From an uncultured Anaerolineales bacterium (GTDB taxonomy: Bacteria; Chloroflexota; Anaerolineae; Anaerolineales; UBA11858), in NCBI GenBank assembly GCA_964438295.1, contig CAYTKR010000010.1, positions 2,633 through 66,632 on the forward strand: 64,000 bases of DNA, read 5' to 3'. Both the position numbers and the translations under genes were made by a program. Under the pieces are notes generated by a model. The model worked only from the letters and a program-made list of their open reading frames with translations, was not told the DNA's origin and did not search any database. Below are positions 1 through 9,388 of this stretch, piece after piece; position 1 is the stretch's first letter, and every line of letters begins with the position of its first letter.

Positions 1-249
1 CAAAGCCAGTGCCAAGATGGTGTTCTCGGCATATACTGCAAATAAACGCGGGTAGGGTGATAGGGCCGCGTCGAGGAACAGCAGGCCGATGAAGGCGGTC
101 ACCGGGATGAAGAAACCAATTAGCAATCTGAGTTGAAGATTATCGCGAAACTGCCACAACCGGCAAACCAGGAAACCACTAATTGTAAGTGAAACGATAA
201 ATTGGGTTAGATAACTGAGGGCGGCGGGGGTGAGAGTGATGGCAAACAC
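1..249 (-). CDS. membrane protein, N-terminal fragment (gene continues beyond left edge)
   Basis: Uninterrupted minus-strand frame from GTG (247-249) to position 1. The product VFAITLTPAALSYLTQFIVSLTISGFLV...IGFFIPVTAFIGLLFLD is strongly hydrophobic. It is absent from the ORF track because there is no stop in the window. The start codon and RBS are weak. Confidence 0.3.
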   Translation of the reverse strand, partial: MFAITLTPAALSYLTQFIVSLTISGFLVCRLWQFRDNLQLRLLIGFFIPVTAFIGLLFLDAALSPYPRLFAVYAENTILALAL

Positions 250-532
250 TGTTGATTAACTTTCGGGTTCAGATGGGAGTGCAAAATCCTCCGATATAGC
301 CAAAAGTGGCGATACTGGCTTCTCGGCGAATTTTAAAAGCATGCACCAAGTCGATTGGAAAGGGTTTAAGAAACTCTATAAAGCAGCATGGTCGAACAGT
401 TTCCGATACGGCTCATGCTAACGAGGTTATTATACCCGGACAGGTGCTTGCAGCACAGGGAGTACAGGCAAGCGCATTTAATTGCGCATTTTCACTTAAA
501 TGTAGCGTTTAATTTGAGCATTCCAAATATAC

Positions 533-782
533 AAAAAGACTCGGAGACCATATTTCATTCCCGAACTTTCTGTCCTATTGAATTTACCTCAGGCGGTCCC
601 GTCGGGGGTGTGCGCCTTGCGCACCCGAAGCAGATATAGGGAGACAGAACCCATCAGAACCACTTCCAAGACATTCTAGAGTGATTACTGCACCCATCGA
701 GCAGCTTTATTCGTTAAAATGTGCTTCAATTCTATCAAGCAATAACTAGAACAATCGTACTTCTCCCCGTGTAAGGAGTCAT
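533..782 (-). repeat. copy A of a ~250-nt non-coding repeat (candidate sRNA gene; strand tentative)
   Basis: Aligns over its full length with 15434-15684 in the same orientation, roughly 80% identity by eye. Shared runs include GAACCCATCA, CTTCAATTCTATCAAG and GTACTTCTCCCCGTGTAAGGAGTCA. No ORF is conserved. The minus strand has ATGACT-17nt-TACGAT (782-754) and an imperfect hairpin plus T-run near 575-533. Confidence 0.6.
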
Positions 783-796
783 TATCAAACGAGAGA

Positions 797-836
797 ATTA
801 AACGATATACGCCTTATAAGGCGTATATCGTTTAAT
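797..836. repeat. perfect 40-bp palindrome
   Basis: ATTAAACGATATACGCCTTA|TAAGGCGTATATCGTTTAAT. Every base pairs with its mirror position (checked 797-836). It abuts repeat copy A. Confidence 0.9.
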
Positions 837-840
837 CAAA

Positions 841-867
841 TCGAACCTGGGACCTTCGGGTTATGAG
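841..867 (-). other. initiator tRNA-Met-like fragment (anticodon loop to T-loop), not a complete tRNA
   Basis: The minus strand reads CTCATAACCCGAAGGTCCCAGGTTCGA, resembling the CUCAUAACCCGAAGGUC..GGUUCRA segment of bacterial tRNA-fMet. There is no acceptor or D arm, and the 3' side of the T stem does not pair. Confidence 0.4.
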
Positions 868-1036
868 TCACTGTCTGGTAGAAGGTACCTAATATGGAAA
901 AACTTGTGCATTGAGCTAACCCGACGGTCTATAACTCGGTTTGTTTTTACATGTTTTATCCATTCCACCATACATGAGTGTTCGAACATCACCCAAAAAA
1001 AATGCATGAATGAAAAGAGCAGTTTCTCCCAAACTC

Positions 1037-1076
1037 AGCGATCCCCATCATGCGTTGTGATGGGGATCGCTTTTAT
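1037..1076. terminator. strong stem-loop downstream of the kinase gene
   Basis: 14-bp perfect stem AGCGATCCCCATCA/TGATGGGGATCGCT with a 7-nt loop. It lies about 40 nt past the stop of the minus-strand gene ending at 1115. The T-run (TTTTAT) is on the plus-strand side, so orientation is ambiguous. Confidence 0.5.
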
Positions 1077-1114
1077 AGGAGACAAAGAAATATGTAGAAA
1101 TAGCTGAGAATTAT

Positions 1115-2623
1115 TTATTGAATCTTCTGTGTTATTGGAGAAATCGCTGGATATATTTCCTCATATAGATTAAATAAGTGGTTGTATGCTATCTGGCTTT
1201 CGGGGTCAGGATGATATTCTCGGTCAAATTGCAGAAAGCGCGTTGCAGCTTCAGCCAGACTGGGAAAGCTATTGACGCCTACTCCTGCTAACAATGCAGC
1301 GCCCAATCCTGCTGCCTCTGTGACCTTTGGCACAACCACCGGGATTCCGGTAATATCTGCCTTCAGCTGTAACCACAAAGGAGATTTTGCGCCGCCCCCG
1401 ATAGCACGGAGTACATCAATCTGGACGCCGCCATTCAAGAGCAGATCGAGGTTTACGCGAAGTTCAAAAGTCAAACCTTCAAGGATGGCCTTGGCGATTT
1501 CAGCTCGCCTAGTCCCAAAGGTGAGCCCCAGTACCGCGCCTTTTGAAGCGGTATCGAAAGTAGGGGTCCCACTGCCGGAGAAATGCGGTAAGAGCAACAA
1601 ACTGGACGGGCTTTTGGGGGCATTTTGCAACATTAAATCATAGGCATCTTCTCCACTCTGAGCTGCAACCTCCATTTGTGGTTCACAGAATTCATCCCGG
1701 AACCAGCGCAGGGTCATGCCCCCGGAGTGGTTGAGGGTCATCGCCAGGAACAAATCAGGCACAACATGCTTATAAACCGAGATGTTGCCTTCAAACAAAG
1801 TTTGGTTTATCGTTGGTGATGGAAGTGCCACTTCGACAACTTCGGCTGTTCCAGTAGAAACCATCGCCAAACCCGGTTGGGTTAGGCCAACTCCCAAGGC
1901 GCCGCAGGCCTGGTCGTGACCGCCGGTAACCACTAGGGGAGCACGCGCCAGCCCTATCTCGGCAACCAACTCGGAGGATAATTCGCCAATCGCTGTTCCC
2001 GAGGGCATTATCTGAGACAGATGCTTGGGGTCCAGCGCTATAGCTGAAAGGATCTCATTCGACCAGTTTCTCTCATGAAGATCAAACAATTGAGTCCGGG
2101 AAGCCAGGCAATCACTGATCACAGCTTGACCCGTCATCTTATAGATCAAATAATCTTCCATCAATAAAAATTTGTCAGCTTGGGCCCAAATTTCCGGTTC
2201 ATTCTGCTTAATCCACAGCAGTTTCGGTAAGGTATTGATGGTGTGGATGGGCATTCCTGTTTGGTTGAACAACTCTCGCTCTCCAAAACGCTGGCGCAGC
2301 CAGTCGTTCTGCTCATCTGTGCGCGTGTCCATGCCCAGGATTGTAGGCCTGAGAGCATTCCCGTTCTTATCCACTGGCGTGACGGCTTCTCCATGAACTG
2401 AAAAACTGATAGCCGCAATATCATGGGTGCCAGCAGAAACTACGCTCTCTCGAATTGCATTCTTAGCTAGAGTCCACACCAATTCGATATCTTGTTCGGC
2501 CCATTTAGGTTGTGGAATATTTACAGGATATTCGCGTACAGAGGTAGCCAGCAGGTCACCATCTTCATTAAAGATGATTGCCTTACATCCCGTCGTCCCA
2601 ATATCAAGCCCTAAGAGTGCCAT
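1115..2623 (-). CDS. FGGY-family carbohydrate kinase (xylulokinase-like)
   Basis: N-terminus MALLGLDIGTTGCKAIIF (actin-fold phosphate-1 motif). About 500 aa, with GGGAKSPLW near the C-terminus as is typical of FGGY kinases. Confidence 0.85.
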   Translation of the reverse strand: MALLGLDIGTTGCKAIIFNEDGDLLATSVREYPVNIPQPKWAEQDIELVWTLAKNAIRESVVSAGTHDIAAISFSVHGEAVTPVDKNGNALRPTILGMDTRTDEQNDWLRQRFGERELFNQTGMPIHTINTLPKLLWIKQNEPEIWAQADKFLLMEDYLIYKMTGQAVISDCLASRTQLFDLHERNWSNEILSAIALDPKHLSQIMPSGTAIGELSSELVAEIGLARAPLVVTGGHDQACGALGVGLTQPGLAMVSTGTAEVVEVALPSPTINQTLFEGNISVYKHVVPDLFLAMTLNHSGGMTLRWFRDEFCEPQMEVAAQSGEDAYDLMLQNAPKSPSSLLLLPHFSGSGTPTFDTASKGAVLGLTFGTRRAEIAKAILEGLTFELRVNLDLLLNGGVQIDVLRAIGGGAKSPLWLQLKADITGIPVVVPKVTEAAGLGAALLAGVGVNSFPSLAEAATRFLQFDREYHPDPESQIAYNHLFNLYEEIYPAISPITQKIQ

Positions 2624-2641
2624 CGTACCAGCTTTGAATTT

Positions 2642-4066
2642 CTAATGCGAGTAGAGCTCCCACCCTAAATAGGATTCGATCGCTTCCGTCAGAACCTTGG
2701 CATAATGACCCCGGCTGACAGCCACATGGTGCTCAAAACCGTTTTTGCAGACATAATCCATCATCTGCTGCAGTTTCTGGACACGCAAGACAGCTGTGCT
2801 ACCCTGGAAATTGGTCGCGGAATCAGCCGTGATCTCACCTTCGCCAACGTAGGACTTAATCACACCTTTTGTGTCGTCAGTGGACATACGGAAGAAGGTC
2901 ATCGGGCCAGGGGCTGCCTGACCTTTGATCGCTCCGAAGCATTTCTCCGGCCCCAAAGCAGCACCCAAGACATCCAGATTGGAGACTTCCACATCCACCT
3001 GCAAGAAATCCCGAGGGAAGTTGCCACAGTGAGTGTTGATGCACATATCGCGATCTTCACCGTAGTTATTGTTCCAATCCTGGAAGGAGGGTGGATTGCC
3101 AGATGCCAGCAATAATGCATACATGGAAACAGCTCCGGCAACATCGACCTCACAGGCGCTGGGCTTGAAGCGGTCGCCCATCATGGCCATAGAAACACAG
3201 GTGGCGCAGCCGTAGTTCTTCTGGATCGAATCCCAGCACTCAATAGCGCTGGCCTGGCAGTCATTCTCATCCATCCAGCGATCGAGAATCACGGAGAGCT
3301 TGGCCTGCTTGATGATATTCTCTTCGAAGATATGGTCGGGGATGGTGCCGTAGGCTTTGATTGCGTCAAGTTTCTCTTTCACGGCCGAAGCGGAAGCATC
3401 AGTAGCTTGCGCTCCGGCGATGATCTCGGAGAGATCAACCGGAACCACGGTAATCCCACTGGCCTGAAGCAGCTTCTCGCTGTACCGCACGGTGTTGAAG
3501 GCCGCCGGTCGGGCGCCAATCGCGCCAATGCGGGCGGAGCGCAGCCCCTTGACCACCCGGCAGACGCGGGCGAAATAATCTAGATCCTGGCGGAATTCCT
3601 GGCCATCGATGGGATACGTATGATAGCTGGTGTTGGTAAAAGGAATGCCATATTGATACAAATTATTGCAGACCGAAATCTTGCCGCAGAAAGCATCCCG
3701 GCGCTTGTCAGCGGAGAGCTGACCCAACTCATCATCGCAGGCCTGAACTAATACTGGTACGTTCAATTTGGCCTGGTTAAGAGTCTCGACCACACCAATC
3801 TCATCGCCGAAATTGGGTAGAGCGATGATGATGCCATCGATTTCTTCGGAATGCTTCTTGAAATGTTCAGCGCATATGCTGGCATGCTCGCGGGTTTCGA
3901 TGGCGCCGCGGGGAGTGGCATCTTCTGGGGTGATGACATAATCAAAACCCATCTCTTCCAAAGCTTTGATCAATCCGGAACGTACGCCGACAGCCAATTG
4001 GGCATTGAAAAACCCTCTGGTGCCAACAATCAGGCCAAAGGTAGGGGTTTCATCTATTATTCGCAT
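2642..4066 (-). CDS. L-fucose/L-arabinose isomerase family protein
   Basis: 474 aa. The N-terminal FGLIVGTRGFFN pattern and overall length and pattern match the fucose-isomerase-like family. Sits next to the sugar kinase. Confidence 0.65.
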   Translation of the reverse strand: MRIIDETPTFGLIVGTRGFFNAQLAVGVRSGLIKALEEMGFDYVITPEDATPRGAIETREHASICAEHFKKHSEEIDGIIIALPNFGDEIGVVETLNQAKLNVPVLVQACDDELGQLSADKRRDAFCGKISVCNNLYQYGIPFTNTSYHTYPIDGQEFRQDLDYFARVCRVVKGLRSARIGAIGARPAAFNTVRYSEKLLQASGITVVPVDLSEIIAGAQATDASASAVKEKLDAIKAYGTIPDHIFEENIIKQAKLSVILDRWMDENDCQASAIECWDSIQKNYGCATCVSMAMMGDRFKPSACEVDVAGAVSMYALLLASGNPPSFQDWNNNYGEDRDMCINTHCGNFPRDFLQVDVEVSNLDVLGAALGPEKCFGAIKGQAAPGPMTFFRMSTDDTKGVIKSYVGEGEITADSATNFQGSTAVLRVQKLQQMMDYVCKNGFEHHVAVSRGHYAKVLTEAIESYLGWELYSH

Positions 4067-4094
4067 TGCACGTCTCCTCTTATATTCTCAGTTA

Positions 4095-5441
4095 TCAATC
4101 AACAGCCAGGTCATCAATGGCTCTGAGTAATTCATTATCTTTAATAATGTCTGCCATCCACTGATCCTGAAGCTGGCGCAGGCTGTAAACTGTAGAGGGT
4201 TGAATTTCTATATCAGCGCGTGTGATGGGAGTGTCAATTTCGACCGGTTGGATCACCCTGGCGCCATTGGCTAAGCCGATGGGCAGCAAATCTTCTTCTC
4301 TGGCAATTTCGTAGGTATCGATCAGGCTGTAAAAGGCAGTACCGCCGATGCCATCCAACTCGTCCCCCGGCTGCAGATCACGTTTGGCCACGGCAAAGAC
4401 CTCTGCTGCAAGACGATCCAGGGGCACCATATTGGATTTTTTGCGAATGTTCAGCATAGCGCAGGTCAGTGGCACCTCGATGCTGCATAAGTGGAAAGGC
4501 CGGAACAGCGTGTAATAAGGCCCATCGCCCATATCACGCAGCACCAGGGCTTCACGCAAACGAGGATGATCAGTACGCACAATTAAGAACACACCAGGAG
4601 CAACCCGACCAACGCCATAATCAACAACCCCAAATTTGTTTAGAACGCCGCCATCCTCTTTGAGTGCGAAAGTTTCATGCAAGTGATCACGGTCAGTCTC
4701 CGGGCCATGCATGCCGCGCACATCGGGCACCAATCCAGTAGCGTTGGCCACAGCTGCCATTTCGATCATCGTCTTAGAACCATCCACAAACTCCACCAGC
4801 ATGTATGGGTTCAAACCTCTGCGAGCGGCTTCTGCCTGAATTGCCGGATCGGTGGGCACTTCTTGTCGATTGAGGGGGTTGTTCTTGCCCTTACCAGCGG
4901 CAACGATTGTGAAACCCATGGATTCAGCCAGGTCATAAAGTTCCATGCAGGCGGCTGGTTCATCCCCGGCTGCCAAGGCGTAGAGCACGCCTTTTTGCTT
5001 CGCATACCAGTTTAAGATGGGGCCAACAGTGATATCGGTCTCAACGTTCATATTGGCAATATCTTGTCCGGCACGCGCTGATCGTAAGGATGCCTTAGTC
5101 CCCACATCTGGCACCCCAGTGGATTCCAGCATGACATCGATCTCACACATATCCGTGATGACGCGGTAGTCCTGGGTGGCCACGCGTTTACCAGCTGCTA
5201 CGGCGGCATCGGCTTCAGCCGTTGTCTCAGCAACTACGACGTCGGCATCGATCTGGGCGATGGCATAACTTTCAATGGCCCGTTCAACGTTGATATCGGC
5301 AGTGATCACCACCTCGATGCCTTTCATCATCTTGGTAGTGGCAACTGCATCTGTGCCCATTTGCCCGGCACCTACCAGGCCGACCCTAACCGGTTTACCG
5401 TCCGCTTCTCGCTGTGCTAATTCTTGATTCAGTCCAATCAT
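4095..5441 (-). CDS. NAD(P)-binding oxidoreductase with C-terminal SAF domain (homoserine-dehydrogenase-like, COG4091 type)
   Basis: Rossmann motif VGLVGAGQMG at the N-terminus. 448 aa, with a C-terminal DLQPGDELDGIGG segment typical of SAF domains. Confidence 0.6.
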   Translation of the reverse strand: MIGLNQELAQREADGKPVRVGLVGAGQMGTDAVATTKMMKGIEVVITADINVERAIESYAIAQIDADVVVAETTAEADAAVAAGKRVATQDYRVITDMCEIDVMLESTGVPDVGTKASLRSARAGQDIANMNVETDITVGPILNWYAKQKGVLYALAAGDEPAACMELYDLAESMGFTIVAAGKGKNNPLNRQEVPTDPAIQAEAARRGLNPYMLVEFVDGSKTMIEMAAVANATGLVPDVRGMHGPETDRDHLHETFALKEDGGVLNKFGVVDYGVGRVAPGVFLIVRTDHPRLREALVLRDMGDGPYYTLFRPFHLCSIEVPLTCAMLNIRKKSNMVPLDRLAAEVFAVAKRDLQPGDELDGIGGTAFYSLIDTYEIAREEDLLPIGLANGARVIQPVEIDTPITRADIEIQPSTVYSLRQLQDQWMADIIKDNELLRAIDDLAVD

Positions 5442-5459
5442 AGATACTTCCGTTGTTTG

Positions 5460-6497
5460 CTATGCAGGTTTGATAATGGCTTTGACAGCTACCCCCCGAG
5501 CACAGATCTCAAACGCCTGATCGATCTCGTCCAAGCTGAAATTATGGGTGATCATGTGCTCGATGGGGATAATGCCCCGTTCGAGGACATCTAAAGCTAA
5601 TTTATGGAATGAGGGGTGATAAGAAAAAGAGCCGATAAATTCAACTTCGCCGTAATGGATCTTGTTGCCATCGACGGTAGTCATCGGTTCTGGTAGACCG
5701 CCAAACAGCACTACCTTCCCAGCCTTGCGCACGATCTCCACAGCTTGCGTTTGGGTGGCAGCGACCGGGTTAGCACAGATGACGATATCAGCGCCGACAC
5801 CCGCTGTGACATCTCGTATATAGGCATCCAAATCCTGGTTGAAGGGGTCAATGACGCTATCTGGGCCGAAGGGCTGGATCATCTTCCGGCGGTCTGCCAC
5901 TGGCTCCGAGACAATGACGCTCGCGCCACGAGCTTTGGCAACCGTCACCAGCAGGCAGCCCATGGGGCCAGCCCCCAAAATCACCACCATATCTCCGAAA
6001 CTGGTACCTACCTTCTCGTGGGTGGCCAACACCGAACTACAGGGTTCCGAGAGGGCTGCGTCAGTCAGCGACAGGCTATCCGGAATAGAATGTACGATGC
6101 CGTTTCTCAACACTTCTCCCGGCAAAGCTAATTTTTCAGCATAGCCACCGGGAAATTCTGGGGAAATCCCAATCAACTTCAATTGATCACACAAGTTGTA
6201 CATAGCCCGCTGACAAAAATAACAAGTGCCGCAGTGGATATCCGGTGCGATTGCCAATTTGTCGCCGGGATTGAAGCTGTTAACTTCTGATCCGACCGCT
6301 TCGACGATTCCAGTGACTTCATGTCCTAAAATCACATTGCTGGAACCATGAGATTCTCCAGCTTTCCAACGGCGCACGTCGCCCCCGCAGATCCCACAGA
6401 CTTCCACTTTCATCAACAGCCCGTCATCAAGGAAAGCGGGATCAGGAATCTCTCGTATCTCGAATTTTTCTTTCGATACCAAAAAAGCTGCTCTCAA
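5460..6497 (-). CDS. zinc-dependent alcohol/polyol dehydrogenase (MDR family)
   Basis: VCGICGGD and GHEVTG zinc-ligand motifs and GAGPMG cofactor motif. TTG start preceded by GGGGGT. Confidence 0.85.
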   Translation of the reverse strand: MRAAFLVSKEKFEIREIPDPAFLDDGLLMKVEVCGICGGDVRRWKAGESHGSSNVILGHEVTGIVEAVGSEVNSFNPGDKLAIAPDIHCGTCYFCQRAMYNLCDQLKLIGISPEFPGGYAEKLALPGEVLRNGIVHSIPDSLSLTDAALSEPCSSVLATHEKVGTSFGDMVVILGAGPMGCLLVTVAKARGASVIVSEPVADRRKMIQPFGPDSVIDPFNQDLDAYIRDVTAGVGADIVICANPVAATQTQAVEIVRKAGKVVLFGGLPEPMTTVDGNKIHYGEVEFIGSFSYHPSFHKLALDVLERGIIPIEHMITHNFSLDEIDQAFEICARGVAVKAIIKPA

Positions 6498-6508
6498 ACA
6501 AACACCCC

Positions 6509-7141
6509 CTACAATAATTCACTTACTATCTCAGCAACGGCGACCCCTAACTTTTTGTGCTCGCTACTTTCAATATGTCCACCATCAATGTCGCTCATTT
6601 TAATAACTTTGGACGTGTCGAAATATGGACAACCTAGTAATTCTGCAACTCTCTGATAGTGATGAGAAAATAATTTTGATTTTTCTTCACCACCCTCACA
6701 TATTTCGATGCCCTCTCCCGATAGCCTGCCCAATGGTGGCGGGACTAAAATAAGTAGCTGGGGGGAGTTACCACTAGGGCCAACTTCACATTTCTGTACA
6801 ATTTTGGCAAGAACATTTACACCTTCAGATATATCATATGCTGATAAAGAGAATCGCACCTTGAGATCATTTGTCCCTAACATGATGATGACTAAATCGA
6901 GTGGCTTATGAGATTCCAGGCATGGGATTAGATATTCTTTACCATTCTTATATCCTTCGATGGGATCATCCCAAACAGTCGTCCTCCCAGGAAGACCTTC
7001 TTCAATTACCTCGAACTCATCCCCCAATTGATCTTGGAGTACGCCTGGCCAACGTTCGGCTTTTGGAAAGCGTTCCCCAGTTCCTGGAACCCAACCCCAG
7101 GTATTTGAATCCCCATAACACAGAATAGTTTTCATCTTCAT
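6509..7141 (-). CDS. SGNH/GDSL-type esterase
   Basis: Block I motif CYGDSNTWG, GTND block, C-terminal D..H. 210 aa. Confidence 0.8.
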   Translation of the reverse strand: MKMKTILCYGDSNTWGWVPGTGERFPKAERWPGVLQDQLGDEFEVIEEGLPGRTTVWDDPIEGYKNGKEYLIPCLESHKPLDLVIIMLGTNDLKVRFSLSAYDISEGVNVLAKIVQKCEVGPSGNSPQLLILVPPPLGRLSGEGIEICEGGEEKSKLFSHHYQRVAELLGCPYFDTSKVIKMSDIDGGHIESSEHKKLGVAVAEIVSELL

Positions 7142-7758
7142 TTCTCCTCTAACCTGATACCTACAGCTCCACCAGGATGAGTTTCACCAAACTTCTCTTT
7201 GGAATACCCTCGTAGTTCTAATTGCACTACACACAGCGCATCGCAAAGAGCAGCATTGAACAGAGAACTGCCTGTTGCAATCAGACCATATGGATCAATA
7301 TTTGCAGGCGCTTTGACACATAAAATGATGTCGCTCAAATTACCCAGCGTAGAATCTGATTTTTCCAAGATACTAATTAAACAGGCACCCCGAGATTTAC
7401 CGATACGAGCCAGGTGATTGACTTCAGTGGTCTCTCCACCTTTGGAGATTGCTACCAATATATCCTTATTCGTCACTGCTCCAGAGAGTCCATGTTGGCT
7501 GTCCCCCGGATGAATGAAGAGTGCTGGTGCTCCACAACACGATAACAGGTGGGCAAAACGAGCGGCAATTGGGTTGGATGTTCCTGCCCCAGTCGTCAAA
7601 ATATGTCCATCACAATTCAACATTATTCGCGCAGCTTGAGAAAAACTTCTTTCTAATTGCTGATTGAGTGACAGCAAAGCTTGACTCTCGCGTTTAATAG
7701 TGTTTTGAGCCAAATTCAACACTTGCCTATCTGAAAACTTGGTTTGATCTCTTGCCAT
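7138..7758 (-). CDS. SIS-domain sugar-phosphate isomerase/binding protein
   Basis: GAGTSNPIAARFAHLL and SKGGETTEV motifs of SIS domains. 4-nt overlap with the downstream esterase gene. Confidence 0.75.
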   Translation of the reverse strand: MARDQTKFSDRQVLNLAQNTIKRESQALLSLNQQLERSFSQAARIMLNCDGHILTTGAGTSNPIAARFAHLLSCCGAPALFIHPGDSQHGLSGAVTNKDILVAISKGGETTEVNHLARIGKSRGACLISILEKSDSTLGNLSDIILCVKAPANIDPYGLIATGSSLFNAALCDALCVVQLELRGYSKEKFGETHPGGAVGIRLEEK

Positions 7759-7776
7759 GCTATCGGGGCAAATCAG

Positions 7777-8490
7777 TTAATTTTCTTGCCTAAACTTAAT
7801 TACTTTTGCCGGAGAGCCGCCTGCTATTGCAAAAGCTGGAATATCTTTAATTACAACGGATCCACTCCCTATGATGGCGCCTTTGCCAATGGTAATACCT
7901 CCCATCACTGAGCAATTAACCCCAATCCAGACATCATCTTCTACCTTGATGCCACCACGGGTTTCTAATGGCTGCATGGCCATCGGCAGGTCGGGGTGCA
8001 TACCATGGTTGTAGGTAAAGAAATTGGTATACGCACCTATCATGCAATATTTTCCAATCTCAATCGGTGCCAGGGTGGACGCAAATATGCTGTTGTGCTG
8101 GATATCCACATAATCGTGCAATATGATCTTCCCACCATTTCCAGTATAAAAGCAGTTATCAAACTTGATCAGTGTGTACTTCCCCGTTTCTACCGGACAC
8201 CCACTCTCCAAAAAAAATTTGTTGCCATCGCCGATATAACTAAAATCACCCAAACGTAATTCAGATTTGCGATTGATAATAACGCGCGGCGAGATATAGC
8301 CCTTGTGATGATACATCGCAAGGCACATGCGACCAAACAGGGGCGGAACGGCCAACTCAGCCAAACGAGCAGCAATACCTCCATAACGACCCGCCCCAGA
8401 ATACTTCATCCAAAAAGCGCTCCAAAATCTCTTAAATCCCTGAGTCGCTTCATGTTTCAGTGCAGAGATATTTTGTGTATCAGTATTCAT
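7777..8490 (-). CDS. hexapeptide-repeat (LbH) acetyltransferase
   Basis: C-terminal [29 protein letters not shown] hexapeptide repeats. The true start may be internal. Confidence 0.7.
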   Translation of the reverse strand: MNTDTQNISALKHEATQGFKRFWSAFWMKYSGAGRYGGIAARLAELAVPPLFGRMCLAMYHHKGYISPRVIINRKSELRLGDFSYIGDGNKFFLESGCPVETGKYTLIKFDNCFYTGNGGKIILHDYVDIQHNSIFASTLAPIEIGKYCMIGAYTNFFTYNHGMHPDLPMAMQPLETRGGIKVEDDVWIGVNCSVMGGITIGKGAIIGSGSVVIKDIPAFAIAGGSPAKVIKFRQEN

Positions 8491-8578
8491 ATTGCATATA
8501 TTTGTTCTACCCTACACTTGGCAAAACAAGGCCTAGATTATATTGATCTACTAGCGTATCAACATACTATTCACATTA

Positions 8579-9355
8579 TTAGTTCTCATTGGCCACTTTC
8601 CCGGTCTCGGCAATTTGTCGCATACTGTTTTCGATCTCATCTAATGTGAGCTTCTCTTTATCAAACGTAGTAACCACTTTCCCCCGATCTAGAATTATCA
8701 TTCGATCAGCGACTTGATAAACATGGTGCATATTATGTGTAATGACAATACAGGATTTGCCGTTATTTTTTATCTCAGATATAAAATCTAATACTTTTGA
8801 AGTTTCTCCAACCGATAAAGCTGTCGTGGGTTCATCTAAAATGATCAATTCGGCATCAAAATGTAATGCGCGCGAGATAGCAACCCCTTGTTTCTCGCCA
8901 CCAGAGAGATATCCCACCACGCTATCCTCATTGATTAACTGCGAGGTGAACCTCATTCTGGATTTCATCAGGTTGAGAGTCTCCTGCTTTTGCTCCCTAA
9001 CCTTGATAAAACCCAAAGAATTGGTTATTTCCCGTCCCATGAATATATTGCGCCATATTGGATGCTGCTCACTCAGTGCCCGATCTTGAAATACAGTCAC
9101 AATTCCAAGTTCTTTTGCCAATCTTGGAGAATAAGAATGAATTTTTTCACCTTTCCAATAAAGATCCCCCAAATCCATTTGCTCGACTCCTGTCAGAATC
9201 TTGATCAGAGTGGATTTTCCGGCACCATTATCACCAATCAAACCAACCACTTCGTTGGTGCCAATTTGAATGTTTACACCATCAAGTGCTTTCACACTTC
9301 CGAAAGATTTCCCTATCCCTTCAGCTACAAATAAATTGTCCGAATAATCACTCAT
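8579..9355 (-). CDS. sugar ABC transporter ATP-binding protein
   Basis: Walker A GDNGAGKST, signature LSGGEKQ, Walker B LIILDEP. Start moved to the ATG at 9355, which follows AGGAG. Confidence 0.85.
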   Translation of the reverse strand: MSDYSDNLFVAEGIGKSFGSVKALDGVNIQIGTNEVVGLIGDNGAGKSTLIKILTGVEQMDLGDLYWKGEKIHSYSPRLAKELGIVTVFQDRALSEQHPIWRNIFMGREITNSLGFIKVREQKQETLNLMKSRMRFTSQLINEDSVVGYLSGGEKQGVAISRALHFDAELIILDEPTTALSVGETSKVLDFISEIKNNGKSCIVITHNMHHVYQVADRMIILDRGKVVTTFDKEKLTLDEIENSMRQIAETGKVANEN

Positions 9356-9388
9356 ATATTTTTCTCTCCTAGTAACAAACAACAGCTG

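Noticed and set aside
533-782. The 250-nt repeat as a riboswitch, group II intron fragment, 6S/RNase P/SRP/tmRNA or IS end
   Set aside because: Copy B has no downstream gene in either orientation to regulate. I could not find GUGYG/domain V features or the conserved cores of the named RNAs, and no transposase is nearby. The element is left unclassified.
841-935. A complete (possibly intron-containing) tRNA-fMet gene
   Set aside because: Only the anticodon-loop-to-T-loop segment and a displaced 8-nt stem piece are present. The 52-nt insert is far too short for a group I intron, and no acceptor, D or complete T arm can be folded.
306-1107. Plus-strand ORFs 306-512, 388-639 and 904-1107
   Set aside because: They cross the conserved non-coding repeat, or run through the 14-bp stem hairpin at 1037-1071. 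They have no RBS and no recognisable domains, and their composition is atypical.
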